Assembly: GCF_963921235.1 (NCBI RefSeq) | Contig: NC_086097.1 | Coordinates: forward strand, 184,762,001 to 184,826,000 | Length of the DNA stretch: 64,000 nucleotides | Reading direction: 5' to 3' | Origin: Mobula hypostoma | Lineage: Eukaryota | Shown here: piece after piece, positions 1-12,892 of the stretch | How the letters are laid out: the number at the start of each line of letters is the position of its first letter | Position numbering within the stretch: the stretch's first letter is position 1 | Notes under the pieces: model-generated | What the model was told of the DNA's origin: nothing | The model's database searches: none | Seen by the model: only the letters and a program-made list of their open reading frames with translations | Translations under genes and position numbers: made by a program

Positions 1-560
1 TGACAGAGGAGCAGAAGGGGTAGGTAGTACTTTGGCCATTTGCTGGGATAAATGCTGGGAGGGACGAATAGACAAGGGAAACACGGAGGGAGGGATCCCT
101 GTGGAAAGCAAAGAGTGGGGGGAGGTAAAAATGTATTTGGTGGTAGGATACATTTGAAGGTGGCAGAAGTTGTGGAGAATAATGTGTTGAATACAGAGCT
201 CATCGGGTGGTAGGCTAGGACAAAAGTTACTCTAACCCTGTTTTGGCAGCAGGAAGATGGGATGAATGTGGATATCCGGAAAATGGACGAGATGCTGGTA
301 AGGGCAACATCAATGGTGGAGGGAGGGAAACCCAGTTCTTTGAAAAAGAAGGGCACCTCTGATGTCCTAAAAAGGAAAGCCTCATCCTCGGAACAGATGC
401 AGCTGAGATGAAGGAACTGAGAAATGGGAATAGTGTTTTTACAGGAGACAGAGTAGAAAGAGGTATAATCAAGATACCTCTTGATAGGCAAGAGCCATGA
501 GAATCAGTAGGTTTATAAAAGATGAAGAGATTGTGAGCATGTGAAGTGTTGCAGAAGTAG
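1..560 (-). mobile_element. Penelope-like element fragment (RT thumb and linker region), degenerate
   Basis: The minus strand reads YKPTDSH..YLDYTS..SCKNTIPISQFL.LSCICS, matching the Penelope RT C-terminus. It is homologous in reverse to 29990-30200. Confidence 0.75.
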
Positions 561-2374
561 GTGGTAAGGGACAGAAACAAGGGGGAATAGAATGGAGTCG
601 AGATATGAGGGTATGAGTTCAGTGGGGCAGGAGCAGTGGGCAAGGCTGCAGTGTATTCGGCAATTGTTGGCTTGGATTTACTCAGACATCACTGATTTAC
701 CGTATTTTTGTTATTTTTGTTATTTTTCTCTCTCTGCCATGTTATCTGGAGCGATTCATTCATAATTTTACTTCAGCCACAATTTTAATGTTATATTTAC
801 CATCTACAGCCACAACATGTAAAATCTATTGGTCAGTATTGATTCAAAGTTGTAAGCCAGGCAGGTAACCATATATATGTTATTGTTTAGGTTCTGGTGA
901 TGGCTTTCAGTCTGATTCCTCTGTGAAAAAAATGTTAATCTTGAACCCTAAAAATAAATAACTGTTAGTCAGCTGCTGATGAGAAAAGTAAAGGATCTGA
1001 AAACAGTGTAATGCTCCTGAGGGTTCATTACAGCACATGTTCAAACCTGAAGTATGTAACGTTAACTCTTTGCTTTTCATAGGCTTGGGATTTATGTAGT
1101 TAGATGTGATCTAAGCCTTTGAAATATCATAATTTAGCAAATAATGAAGATAATCTATATTGCAAATGGCATGTTAACGTCCTTATACAAACCTCAAAGT
1201 ATAGATTCTAGAGAAGATTGTTCTCTTACAATTTGCCTATTTAAATTAATGGATGTAAAATCAAAAACTTGAAATAGTCTTGACCCTTTATTTGGACCAC
1301 CCAAGGAAAGCCAAGCACTCCAAAAAAACATTTTATTCAGCTGAATATGATGTTGAATTAACTTCAATTACATTTTTCAAGCAAGATAGAACCCCAAGCC
1401 TTTGTATTAAACTGGATAATTCAATTTATTTTCAAGTTAAATGTTACTGAATCTACACCTGCAAATTGTATTGAATACATAATGATGAAATGCATGAAAA
1501 GCATATTAAAGATGGCAACAATGTTTTAGGCTTGTTTTGAATGTTTAACATATAAAGAAAGAAAATAATTGATTCACCCTACTCTAGATTCTACATACAT
1601 CTAGACATAGGAAGGAAAGCAACAACTCAGCAATCACTAAGTTTATTGTTTTGCTATCAGTTTGCGTCGTGGTGAGCAGTGACAGATGGCTGGCATCTGT
1701 GGTCAAATCACGTGACTGAAAATATAGTTCTATTGTAGCATGTGATTTGGACTCAGTGATATCAAGTTATATTTTGTTGTGTAAAATGAGGATCAGCAGT
1801 CCCAGTGTACGTTATACTGTCATTTCTTCAATGATATGCTTATCTTAAGACCATCAGCACCACAGTCATTTAGATTTTGTTATGCTCATTTTTTTATTTT
1901 ATAACTCTGCCTCAACAGGCAAACAGCTAAAGTAATAAAATCCCAAACACTATAGCAATTTAAGTTTCATGTAATATTTGCAAGCTGGTCAATATTGGGT
2001 TTTACCTTTATGTGCCATATAAATAATAATCTTTAATTAGAAACGTTTTACAAATGGTGTAATAGATTGGTGTTCCCATATGTCTCCTACAGGGCTGGAT
2101 TTAGTGGCTAGTTTTCAATGAAGTGATTACTTTTACTATTGAATCAGAAGAATAAGAAACCATGGAATTAAAATCTGATTGCTATTCAACTGAATTATTT
2201 TCACTTACTCTAGTTATTATTCTCCTATCATACCATTTTAAACGCAGGTATTCCATCTGAGTTATAGTTTTACAAAGACATTGTAAATCTTTGGGTGCAA
2301 GGATGGTTTTCCTTATGTGATTCACCCTCAGCAATAACATGGTACTGTTTGAAATATTTACAGTCACAATACAA

Positions 2375-2805
2375 TACATCAGGTATACAGCCATTTGGCT
2401 CCACAAGTTCACGCAAAACATGGTGCCCACCCATCTAGTCCCAATTTGCTGCACTCAGCCCACATCCCACACTAAACATTGCTCTTATGTGTATTTGTCC
2501 AAGTGTTTCTTAAAGGATACCAATACACCTGCCTCTGACTTACCTTGGGCAGCTCGTTCCATATACTCACCACCTTCTTCATGAAAAAGTTTCCCATCAA
2601 ATCCCTTTTAAATCTTTATTTGCTCACCTCAAATGTATGTCCACTAGTTTTGGACTCCCCTACCCTGGGGTAAAGACTTATCCACTATATATGCCCTACA
2701 TGATTTTATAAACTTCTTTAAGGTCACTCCACATATTCCTACCTCCAAGGAATAAAATATTAGCCTAGCCAACTTGTCCCCTAGTCCTGGCAACATTTTC
2801 ATAAG
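2375..2805 (-). mobile_element. CR1 LINE 3' fragment
   Basis: Antisense match to the CR1 ORF2 end and 3'UTR seen in other copies in this window (e.g. 44680-45000). Confidence 0.65.
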
Positions 2806-2963
2806 ATTGACCAATAGAAACAGATGTTATAATCAGAATCAGAATCAGAATTAAAATCAGGTTTAATATCACTGTCATATGTAATTAAATATGCTGTTTT
2901 GCAACAGCAGTACATTGCAATACATAATAAAAATGCTATAAATTACAATATGAAATATATATT

Positions 2964-3470
2964 TGAAACCCTGCTGGTTTCCTTGGCTATGGAAGTCTAG
3001 GAAAGACACATTCTGTTCCCACCAAACCCGTGAAATTGGGACAGCTCTTCCACCCCAAACTCCAGTTTGTGTGGATGCTGTGTAATTTGCAACTCAGTGC
3101 CAAGAAACAACAGACAGCACACTGCATATGATTAAAGGAATTATATTTATGAATCTTAACTAAAGGGTTAGTAAAGTAAAGGAAGAAAAAACAAAAAGTG
3201 CCCATTATAATTAAACAGTCAAATATGCACCAATTGGAGCTCAATTCACCGAACCTCAGTCGATCTCGCCATCTGGCTCCAATGAACCACGATCTCCCCA
3301 CCGGGTTGTATCCTACGACTAGTCTCTCCACTGTCTTCTTTCCTCACCACACACTGAACAAAGACCCCAGATCACATTCCAAATCATCTATAATCTCTAA
3401 CCATAACCCAAACAGGACTTCTACAGAAAGACCATTATGTTAGCAGTGAAACCTTTCCCAAGGTGTTACA
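2964..3470 (-). repeat. 3' LTR of the Gypsy element
   Basis: Direct repeat of 6394-6908, preceded by the PPT on the minus strand. Confidence 0.9.
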
Positions 3471-3492
3471 CTCTTCTCCCCACCAAAATTAG

Positions 3493-5040
3493 TCATATCC
3501 TCATGACATTGAGATAATTTATAACCCCTTCATACAAAGCACCAAGTCCAATCCAGGTGTAAATAGCAGTGACATAGCTCACCACACTCCGTTCCTCTAG
3601 TGCAACAAAGGCCAGTCTGTCTGGGGGTCTCCTAACTCTTTGGAACCTCCTTACCCCGTAATCTACTTCTTCAGCTTCAGACACTGACTGGGCTCTTTCC
3701 TGTCTACCTGGGGATGTTCCTTCCTGTCCATTACTCGTGCCTTCTGACAACTCAGGGCCCCTCCTCACTTGGCTGTGTTTGCCTTCATGCCCAGTTACTT
3801 TAGAGTCTAGCCTCCCATTACCTTTTAACCAAACTGTCCACTGCTAGTTCCCCCCATTTCACCCGCCTCCCGCCTCCCGCCTCAGTGAGAAGGGTTGGGA
3901 ATCTCTTCATCCATTACTGGAGAGTTTACAAAGCGCAGCATATACCACACTCCTCTTTCCTCATCCTACGAGTCCGTACCATATTCAAGGGTAGGGTCCA
4001 GTCTAATCCTTCCCGCTGTTGGTCCTTCAGTTGGCTTACATCACTGCAGAGTCCTCTTACTAGGCATAGGGTCCAGGTCAGGTTCTGGATCAACACATAC
4101 CTCTTGTCCCAGAGGTAGGAGGTGGTTCTGATGGAGAATCTTGACAGGCCCAATCATATCCTCTGGTTTCACCCAGGAAACTGGGACATTTGGCTCTGAC
4201 TCTCCACTACATGGGGCATAGCCATCCAGTGGTTAGCCAACTTATGCTTCCCAGGTACTGTAGCCCAAATTCTTTATGAGGACTCAGTCTCCAGGCATTA
4301 GTTGGGAGAACCTAATTTTTTGATCATACCTCCTCTTATTTCCTTGACTCTGCTTGGTAGCCAAGACCTCAGCTAGTTCATAAGACTTTTTCAGCTCCAT
4401 CCTCATATCAGACATGTACTCAGATAAGTCTTCTGTTGTAAATCTTCCCCACCAGTCCCAAAATAGAGGTCAACGGGCAACCTCACTTCGCGCCCAAATG
4501 TCAGATAATATGGTGAGTACCCGGTAGCTTCATTCTGTGTACAATTGTAGCAGTGGACCAGATGTCCAATATGTTGACTCTAATTGTTCTTTTTTACTGA
4601 TCCTCAGGGTTCTAATCATGTCTAGCAAGGTCCAATCGAACCTCTCGGGCAGCGGATCACCCTGCGGGTGATAAGGCGTAGTCCTCAACTTCTCGACTCC
4701 AAGCATGCTCAGTAACTCATGTATGAGCCTACTCTCGAAATCTGGTCCCTGATCACTATGTATCTGCCTGGGGAGCCCATAATAAATGAAATACTGTTCT
4801 CATAACACTTTGGCCATGGTGGACGCCCTCTGCTCCTTGGTAGGGAAGGCTTGCGCATATCTGGTGTAGTGATCTGTAATAACCAAGAAATTTGTCATAT
4901 TGCTGGCATCTGGCTCTATTGATAGGAAATCCATACACAGCAGATCATGTGGCCACGCACTCTGCAAATGGGATAATGGAGTGGCCCTCGTAGGTAACGT
5001 CTTCCTCCATATACATGGAATGCACAACTTGCAGTACTCT
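3493..5040 (-). pseudogene. Gypsy integrase core and C-terminal region, disrupted
   Basis: C..C..RK...LCMDFLSIE..LVITDHYTRYAQAFPT..YYGLPRQIHSDQG..TTPYHPQGD..PERF is a DD35E integrase core. It carries stops and frameshifts. Confidence 0.9.
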
Positions 5041-5044
5041 GCTT

Positions 5045-6265
5045 AGTCTGTCCCCTCAGGGCATCTGACTCCCTGTCAGCTTTATCATGTGGGGTGGGTG
5101 CACCCACCGATAACAACCGGGACATCTCAGTCCTAAACCCCGCCCGAGCTCCAGGGTGGGCTATCAGTGGTCACTTCAGCCAAGGGAGCCACTACCAAGG
5201 ACTGTACCCAGCTGATGGAGGCCTCCCGTGCCTCCATCATGTTCTCCTCCTCTCTGACTTCTCTGATCAGCTTGACAAATGAGAGAGGGGGGCACAACTT
5301 ACGAGACATTTGGAGACCCCAAGCGATCAGGTCCAATGACTGAGTGTCTTTCGCCACTTGGTCAATTCTTAATTAATTTACCTAAGTCATTTGAATGCTG
5401 CCCCCACCCCCCAACGCTGCAAGCAACTCAGCTGCCTCTCTAGCTGAAAAATGTAGGCGAAAAGTTTCTCCCCCCTTCTCCTGAAACATGTTCTGAAACT
5501 TTGTCATAAGCTCCATTGGGATTCCCATCAAGCCAAAAGCATTTTCTAGTGCTTGCATATAGCCTGCAGAAGTAGCAAAGGGGTTCTGTGCCTTTAAGGA
5601 TCTCACTACAACAGAGAATGGTCCCTCAAACTCTCTACCAATTGCTGTCTTTTCATGTAATCAGAACACTGCCACTTATCCAGCATCTGAGAGGTTGGCT
5701 CCATCCAAGTCTCATACTCTTCTTCCCTTTTAGGGATGGGCTTCATTCCTGAGAACATCCTGACCCTGTGGTAGCTGGGGTTTTGAACCTGAGCATTTTG
5801 CCATTTACTCGCCAGGGAGGTAAGGGCTGCTACCAACTCAGAACGCTTACTCCTTGCTGGAGGACTGGACCTTCCACAACAGACCACTCCTTCTCCTCAC
5901 TTCGCAGAAACAAGAGCAACTTGTCTTTAAAGTCTCAGCCCCCAGCTCTGGGAAACTCAGCTTCCAACTCCCCATGTTTGCCTTCACTCCTCTCTTCCCG
6001 GAAAGTATGGACAGCACACGGCTCCCCACCACCCCCCGGATCCCAATAGTACCAGGCAGTTCCACTGCTGTTACGTCAACACTAGTCTGTACAAAATGAA
6101 GTCCTTGCCTGACATTTTGGCAAACCTCTACTCCATGATCATAACTGTTCCTAAGGCTTTAACGGTACTTAAAGTCCAAATTAACAATTCATTGGGACTA
6201 CGAATGTCTACCCCACTCAATACACACGCGGATTCGCACCAGTGCTCAAACCCTGCAGTGTCCAT
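5045..6265 (-). pseudogene. PNMA-like Gypsy gag, disrupted
   Basis: ATG at 6265. YHRVRMFSG..EEEYETWME...KRQQLVESLR and YMQALENAFG..FQNMFQEKG match the PNMA/Gag capsid domain. Frameshifted. Confidence 0.85.
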
Positions 6266-6393
6266 AACCACATATCTTAATCACTTTACCAGACGATAGT
6301 TCAACACAGGCTGCAACACACAACCCACCGGATCAATGCTCAGGATAATCACACAGCATTGAACAAAATTGATCCGGACAATACACCCACAAA

Positions 6394-6908
6394 CGAAACC
6401 CCGCTGGCTTCCTTGGCTGCATAAGTCCAGGGAATGCACACTCTGGTGCCAAACCTGAGAGATTGGGACGGCTCTCCCACCCCAAACCCTGGTTTGTGTG
6501 GATGCTGTGTAATTTACAACCCTGTTATAACTCAGTGTCAAGAAACAACAGACAGCAAACTGCATACGATTAAAGGAATGATATTTATGAATCTTAACTA
6601 AAGGGTTAGTAAAGAAAAGAAAGAAAGAATAAAAAGGGCCCATTATAATTAAGCAGTCAAATGTGCACAGTTGGAGCTCAATTCACCGACCCTCTGTCGA
6701 TCTTGCTGCCCGGCTCCATTGAACCACAATATCCCCACCGGGTCATATCCTACTACTAGTTCTCTCCAGCACCTTCTCTCTTCATCTCACGCCAAGCAAA
6801 AGCCCCAGTTCACATTCCAAAGCATCTGTTATCTCTAACCATAACCCAAACATGGCTTCTACAGAAAGATTATTATGTTAGCAGTGAAATCCTTCCCAGG
6901 GTGTTACA
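6394..6908 (-). repeat. 5' LTR of the Gypsy element
   Basis: Direct repeat of 2964-3470, upstream of gag. Confidence 0.9.
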
Positions 6909-7246
6909 TATACACACTGTATATAAATAAATTGAATAAGTAGTGCAAAAACAGAGAAAATAAGTAGTGAAGAAGTGTACATGGGTTCATGGTCCATTCA
7001 GAAATCTGATGGTTGTGGGGAAGAAGCTCTTCCTAAAATGTTGAGTGTGTCTTAGGCTCCTGTACCTCCTCCTTGATAGTAGCAATAAGAAGAGATGATG
7101 GGATTCCTTAATAACGGATGCTACCCATTTGAGCGATCACCTTCTGAGGTGTCCTCGATGCTGGGGAAACTAAGTGTCCGTGTTGGAGCTGGCTGAGTTT
7201 TCAGCTTTCTCCAGCCTTTTCCAAACCTATGCAGTGGCCCCTCCAT

Positions 7247-8097
7247 ACCACTATTGTTGGCAGAATTTCAGATGTGAATGAGGAGGTGTACAGGAATAAG
7301 ATAGATCAGCTGATTGAGTGGTATCAAAACAACAACTTTGTACTCAACATCAGTAAGGCCAAGGAATCGATTGTGGACTTCAGGAAGGAGATGTTGAGGG
7401 AACACACACCGACCTTCATCAGGAGATCATCAGCAGAAAGCGTGTCGACATCTCTGAAGATCTATCCTAGGCCCAACATATAGATGTAATTACAAATAAG
7501 TCACTACAGCGGATGTATTTTATTAAGAGTTTGAGGAGGCCTGGTATGTCACCAAAGACTCATGCAAATTTCTACAGATGTGCAGAGCATTCTAACTGGT
7601 TGCATAACTGTCTGGTATGAAAGGACCACTGTACAGGATCGGAAAAAGCTTCAAAAACTTCCAGACTCATTCAGCTCCATTATGGGCACTAGACTCCCCA
7701 GGATTGAGGACAAATTCAAAAGACGATGCCTCAAAAAGGTGGCATCCATTATTAAGCACCCCCATCACCCAGGACATGTCCTCTTCTTCTCTTTGCTATC
7801 ATCAAAGGGGTGGTACAGGAACCTGAAGACACACACTTGACATTTTAGGAACAGCTTCTTCCCCTCTGGCATCAGATTTCTAAATGGACAGTGAAACCCT
7901 GTACACTAGTTCACTATTTTTTCATTATTTTGCTGTCTTTTGGCACTGTTAATTTAATTTATGTATATGTGTGTATATATTTCTTATTGTAATTTATAGA
8001 TTTCTATTATGTATTGCATTGTATTGCTGCCACAAAACAATATACTTCATGACATATTGCAGTGTGTTATCAAACCAGATTCTGATTCTGATTCTGA
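7247..8097 (+). mobile_element. Rex1/Babar-type LINE, 5'-truncated
   Basis: TTIVGRIS..LNISKAKE.IVDFRK and SILTGCITVWY motifs; ends in (GATTCT)n. Confidence 0.85.
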
Positions 8098-8104
8098 AAG
8101 CACT

Positions 8105-8260
8105 TCAACGCAGTAGATGTGATCGGAACCGGGAGATAGTCATTGAGGCAGCTCACCCTGCTCTTCGTGGACACTGGTATGATTGCCGCTTTTTTGAAGT
8201 AGGTAGGGATCTGCAGCAGTAGAAGATTGAAGATAGCGTGAAAGATCCTGCTAGAAGGTG
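8105..8260 (-). mobile_element. Rex1/Babar-type RT N-terminal fragment
   Basis: The minus strand reads FKKAAIIPV..SRVSCLNDY.PV.ITS. Confidence 0.6.
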
Positions 8261-8419
8261 GAAAAGGGCAATCGTGTACTTATTTCAGTTGTGGGACATG
8301 AGATCTGATGAGATACATCAAGTTCCCTGCTGATGTTAAAGACGTAGATGGTTTTGAGGCCAGATAAAAGGACAGCAATATGGATAATCTTCCTGTGGTA
8401 ATTGTTTTCACCTCATCTG

Positions 8420-9910
8420 ATGAGCATTGGATAAAGCATTGGCTGATTGTCAGGAGGCAAAGAGTGGGAATAAAGGGATCCTTTTCTGTTGGCTGTCAGT
8501 GACTAGTGGTGTTTCACAGGGGTCTGTATTGGGACTAGCCATAGTCATGGTCATAGTCATACTTTATTGATCCCGGGGGAAACTGGTTTTCGTTACAGTT
8601 GTACCATAAATAATTAAATAGTAATAAAACCATAATTAATTAAATAGTAATATGTAAATTATGCCAGGAAATAAGTCCAGGACCAGCCTATTGGCTCAGG
8701 GTGTCTGACCCTCCAAGGGAGGAGTTGTAAAGTTTGATGACGCTCTGTGTTACATCTTGGTGGAATGAGTCTCTGGTTGAATGTACTCCTGTGCCCAACC
8801 AGTACATTATGTAGTGGATGGGAGATATTGTCCAAGGTGGCATGCAATTTGGACAGCATCCTCTTTTCAGACACCACCGTCAGAGAGTCCAGTTCCATCC
8901 CCACAACATCACTGGCCTTACGACTGCTTCTTTTTGTGTTGTATGTCAACAATTTAGCTGATGAAATTGATAGTTTTGTGGCCAAGTTAATGGATGATCG
9001 GAAGATAAGTGGAGGGCAGGTAGTGTTGAGGAAGCAAAGAGACTGCAGAAGGACTTAGACGAATTCGGAGAATGGGCAAAGAGGTGGTGAATGGAATACA
9101 GTGTCAAGAAGTGTATATCATGCACTTTGGTAGAAGGAATAAAAGCATAGACTATTTTCTAAATGGGGAGAAAATTCAAAAATCCAAGGTGCAAAGGAAT
9201 TTGGGAGACCTGAAGCAAGATTCTGTAAAGGACAATTTGCAGGTTGAATCAGTGGTGAGGACAGTGAATGCAATGTTAGTTCTCATTTCAAGAGGACTAG
9301 AATGTAAAATCAAGGATGTAATGGTGCGGGTGTCTAAGGCACCGGTGGGTATTGGAGTATTGTGAGCAGTTTTGGGCCCCAAATCTAAGAAAGGACGCAC
9401 TGACATTGGAGAGGGTTCAGAGGAGGTTCATGAGAATTACCTTGGGGATAAAAGGGTTATCAGATGAGCAGAAATTGAAGGCTCTGGGCCTGCACTTGCC
9501 GGAATTTAGAAGAATTGAAACTGAATGTTGGAAGGCTTAGATAGAGTGGATTTGAAGAGAGACAGAGTGGATGTGAAGAGGATGTTTCCTTTGGTGGGGG
9601 AGTCTAGGACCAGATGGTACAGCCTCAAAATAGAGGGGTGTCTATTTAGAACAGAGGTGAAGAGGAATTTCTTCAGTCAGAGCGTAGTAAATCCATGGAA
9701 TTCATTGCCACCAGCCGCTGGGGAAGCGAGATCTTTGGATACATTTAAGGCAGAGGTTGATAGGTTCTTGATTAGACAGAGAGTGAAAGGTTATGGGGAG
9801 AAGGCAGGAGAATGGGATTGAGAGGGAAATGGATCGGCCATGATGAAATGTGAAGCAGACTCAATGGGCCGAATGAACTCTTTCTGTTTCGATGTCTTAT
9901 GGTCCTATGA
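8420..9910 (+). mobile_element. CR1 LINE (RT C-terminus and 3'UTR), interrupted at 8540-8920
   Basis: VTSGVSQGSVLG, EYCEQFWAP, LERVQRRF and NFFSQSVVNPWN motifs; CR1 3' tail. Confidence 0.88.
8540..8920 (-). mobile_element. Rex1-like LINE 3' end nested in CR1
   Basis: ASDVVGMELDSL..LDNISHPLH..RCNTERH; (GACTAT)n tail; same family as 20888-21082. Confidence 0.8.
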
Positions 9911-10314
9911 TAAGAAAATGAATAAATGTATGTATAAACGTGTAAGTGTATATATAAATGTGTAAGCACATAAAGCTCAGGAGAGAAATGTGGTTGAGGA
10001 AGAGAATATTCAGAGCCATAGTATTACACCTGAAACTGACAGAGGAGCATTGTCTGCAGAGAAAGTGTTTCTCCAGGGAAGCAGTTATGAACTACGTCAA
10101 ATGATACCCTGGAAGATTTGAGAATCTGCTCCCTGATGAGAACTGTTCTGTTTGTATTTATGAATGTCTCATCTGCAATATTTTTTTTCTGCCATTGCAA
10201 CGTTCTGGTTACCTAAAATGAGTACTTGGGTCCCTTAGTCATAAGCCCTCGGTCAAATGCATTCAAGGCAAGGATGGTACATTGAGGGTAGCAGGTAAAC
10301 TCATATTCCCAAAA

Positions 10315-12892
10315 GGCATAGAGCAAGTAATAAGACGAATACCCATTGAGTCTGCTCTGCCATTCAATCATGCATGATTCTTTTTTCCCTCCTCTTCAAC
10401 CCCATTTCCCAGCCTTCTCCCCATAAACTTTGATGCCATGTCCAATCAAGAACCTATCAATCTCTGCCTGAAATACACCCAACAACCTGGCCTCCACAGC
10501 TGCATGTGGCAACAAATTCCACAAATTTAACACCTTTTGGCAAAATAAATTTCTCCGTATCTCTGTTTTGAAAGGGTGCCACTTTATCCTGAGGCTGTGC
10601 CCTCTTGACCTAGACTCTACCACCATGGGAAACATCCTTTCCACATCTACTGCCTACTCCTTTCAACATTCAAAAGGTTTCAATGAGATCCTCCCTCATC
10701 CTTCTGAATTCCAGCGAGTACAGTTGCAGAGCCGCCAAACGTTCCTCTTATGATAACCCTTTCATTACTGGGATCGTACTTGTGAACCTCCTCTGGATCC
10801 TCTCCAATGCCAGCATATCTTTTCTAAGATTTTTGGATTTTCTCCACGTTTAGAAAAAAATCCATACATTTATTTCTACTACCAAAGTGCATGACCATGC
10901 AGTTTCCAACATTATATTTATTTTGCCACTTTCTTGCCCATTCTTCTAATCTGTCTAAGCCATTCAGCATCCTACCTGTTTCCTCAACACTACCTGCCCC
11001 TCCACCAACCTTCGTATCATCTGCAAACCTGGCAACAAAGCCATCTATTCCATCATCTAAATCATTTATATACAGCATAAAAAGAAGTAGTCCCAACACC
11101 AACCAACCCCTGCAGAACAACACTAGTGACCGGTAGCCAACCAGAAAAGGATCCTTTTTTCCCCACTCACTGCCTCCTACCAATCAGCCAATGCTCTAAC
11201 AATGTTAGTAATTTTCCTGTAATACCAGGAGCCTCATGTGTGGCACCATGTCAAAGGCCTTCTGAAAATCCAAATATACAACATCCACTACATCACCTTT
11301 ATCCATCCTACTTGCAATCTCCTCAAAGAATTCCAACAAATTTGTCACGCAGGGTTTTCCCTGAAGGAAACAATGCTGAGTTTGTACTATATTGTTCTGT
11401 GTCACCAAGTACTCCATCACCTCATCCTTTACAATTGACTCTAATATCTTCCCAACCACTGAGGTCAGGCTGAATGGTCTATAATTTCCTTTATGCTGCC
11501 TTCCTCCTTTCTGAAAGAGTAGAGTGACATTTGCAAATTTCCAGTCCTCTGGCACCATGCCAGAGTACAATAATTTCTGAAAGATCATTTCTAAAGTCAC
11601 CACAATCTCTACTTGTACCTCTTTTGGAACCCCAGGGTGCAGTTCCTCTGGTCCGCATGACTTATGTACCTTTAGGCCTTTCAGTTTTTTGAGCACCTTC
11701 TGTCTTGTAATAGTAACTGCACCCACTTCTCTTCCTTCACACACTACAACATCAGACATACTGTTAGTGTCCTCCACAGTGAAGACTGATGAAAAATACT
11801 CATTTAGTTCATCAGCCATCTCCTTGACCCCAGTTATTATTTCTGCTGCCTCATTTTCTAGCAGTCCTATGTTCATCCTCATTTTTCTTTTATTTTTAAC
11901 ATACTTGAAAAAAATTACTGTCCACTTTGATATTATTTGCTAGCTTGCTTTCATATTTCATCTTCTCCCTTCTAATTACTTTTTTTAGTTTCTCTCTGTA
12001 GGTTTTTAAAAACTTCCCAATCTCTTTATCTTCCCACTCATTTTTGCTTTGTTGTGTGCCCTTTCTTTTGCTTTTACAATAGCTTTGACTTTCCTTGTCA
12101 ACCATAGTTGCACTATTTTACCATTTGAGTATTTCTTCATTTTTGGAATACATATATCCTGCACCTTCCTCATTTTTCCCAGAAATGCACATCATTGCTG
12201 CTCTACTGATATCTCTACCAGCAGCACTTCCAATTTACTTTGGCCAGCTCCTCTATCATACCACTGTAATTTCCCTTACTCCACTGGAATACTGCTACAT
12301 CAGACTTTACTTTCTCCCTATCTAATTTCAACATAATCATATTGTGATCACTGGTTCCTAAGGGTTCTTTTACCTTAAGCTCCGTAATTACCTCCGGTTC
12401 ATTACAGAACACCCAATCCAGTATAACTGATCCCCTAGTAGGCGCAACAACAAACTGCTCTAAAAAGCCATCTCTTAGGTATTCAACAAACCCACTCTCT
12501 TGAGATCTATTACCAACCTGATTTTCCCAATCGACCTGCATATTAAAATCTCCCATGACTATCATAACATTGCCCTTTTGACATATTTTTTTTCAATTTC
12601 CTGTTGTAACCTGTGGTTCACCTCCCAGCCACTGTTGGGAGGCCTGTATATCACTACCATTAACGTCCTTTTACCCTTGTAGTTTCTTAACTCCACACAC
12701 AAGGATTCAACATCTTCAGATCCTATGTCACATCTTTCTACTGATTTGATGCCATTCTTTACCAGTAGAGCCACACAATCCCCTCTGCCTATCTTCCTAT
12801 CCCTCCAATCTAACATGCAACCTTGGACATTCAGCTCCCAACTACAACTTTCCTTCAGCCAGGATTCAGTGATGGCTAAAACATCATACCTG
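10315..12892 (-). mobile_element. CR1 LINE ORF2 (APE and RT), degenerate
   Basis: YDVLAITESWL, IYRPPNS, MGDFN, SDHN, NYRPFSLTS, YLDFQKAFD and FADDTK motifs in broken ORFs. Confidence 0.92.

Larger units (their letters stand above)
2964..6908 (-). mobile_element. Ty3/Gypsy LTR retrotransposon with PNMA-like gag, internally deleted
   Basis: Two diverged direct repeats of about 510 bp (2964-3470, 6394-6908) with TGTAACA...TTTCA termini on the minus strand. PPT GGTGGGGAGAAGAG at 3471-3484, 4-bp flanks TATT/TATA, and gag plus integrase remnants. Confidence 0.92.
2830..7250 (-). mobile_element. Rex1/Babar-type LINE 3' fragment, interrupted by the Gypsy element at 2964-6908
   Basis: (AATCAG)n tail at about 2831-2860. 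The 3'UTR continues at 6909 and is colinear with the copy at 24483-24960. Confidence 0.75.

Noticed and set aside
2182..2454. ORF or possible minus-strand exon
   Set aside because: Weak acceptor, partial overlap with CR1 and no recognisable protein.
5045..6265. Domesticated PNMA-like host gene
   Set aside because: It has stops and frameshifts and is still flanked by LTRs and integrase.
6370..6510. Tf1/sushi-type self-priming PBS
   Set aside because: Only about 7 bp of clean complementarity, apparently within U5 rather than at the transcript 5' end.
11205..11882. 225-aa ORF as a functional CDS (likewise 46893-47495, 23346-23882, 18124-18630)
   Set aside because: These are surviving stretches of interrupted CR1 ORF2.
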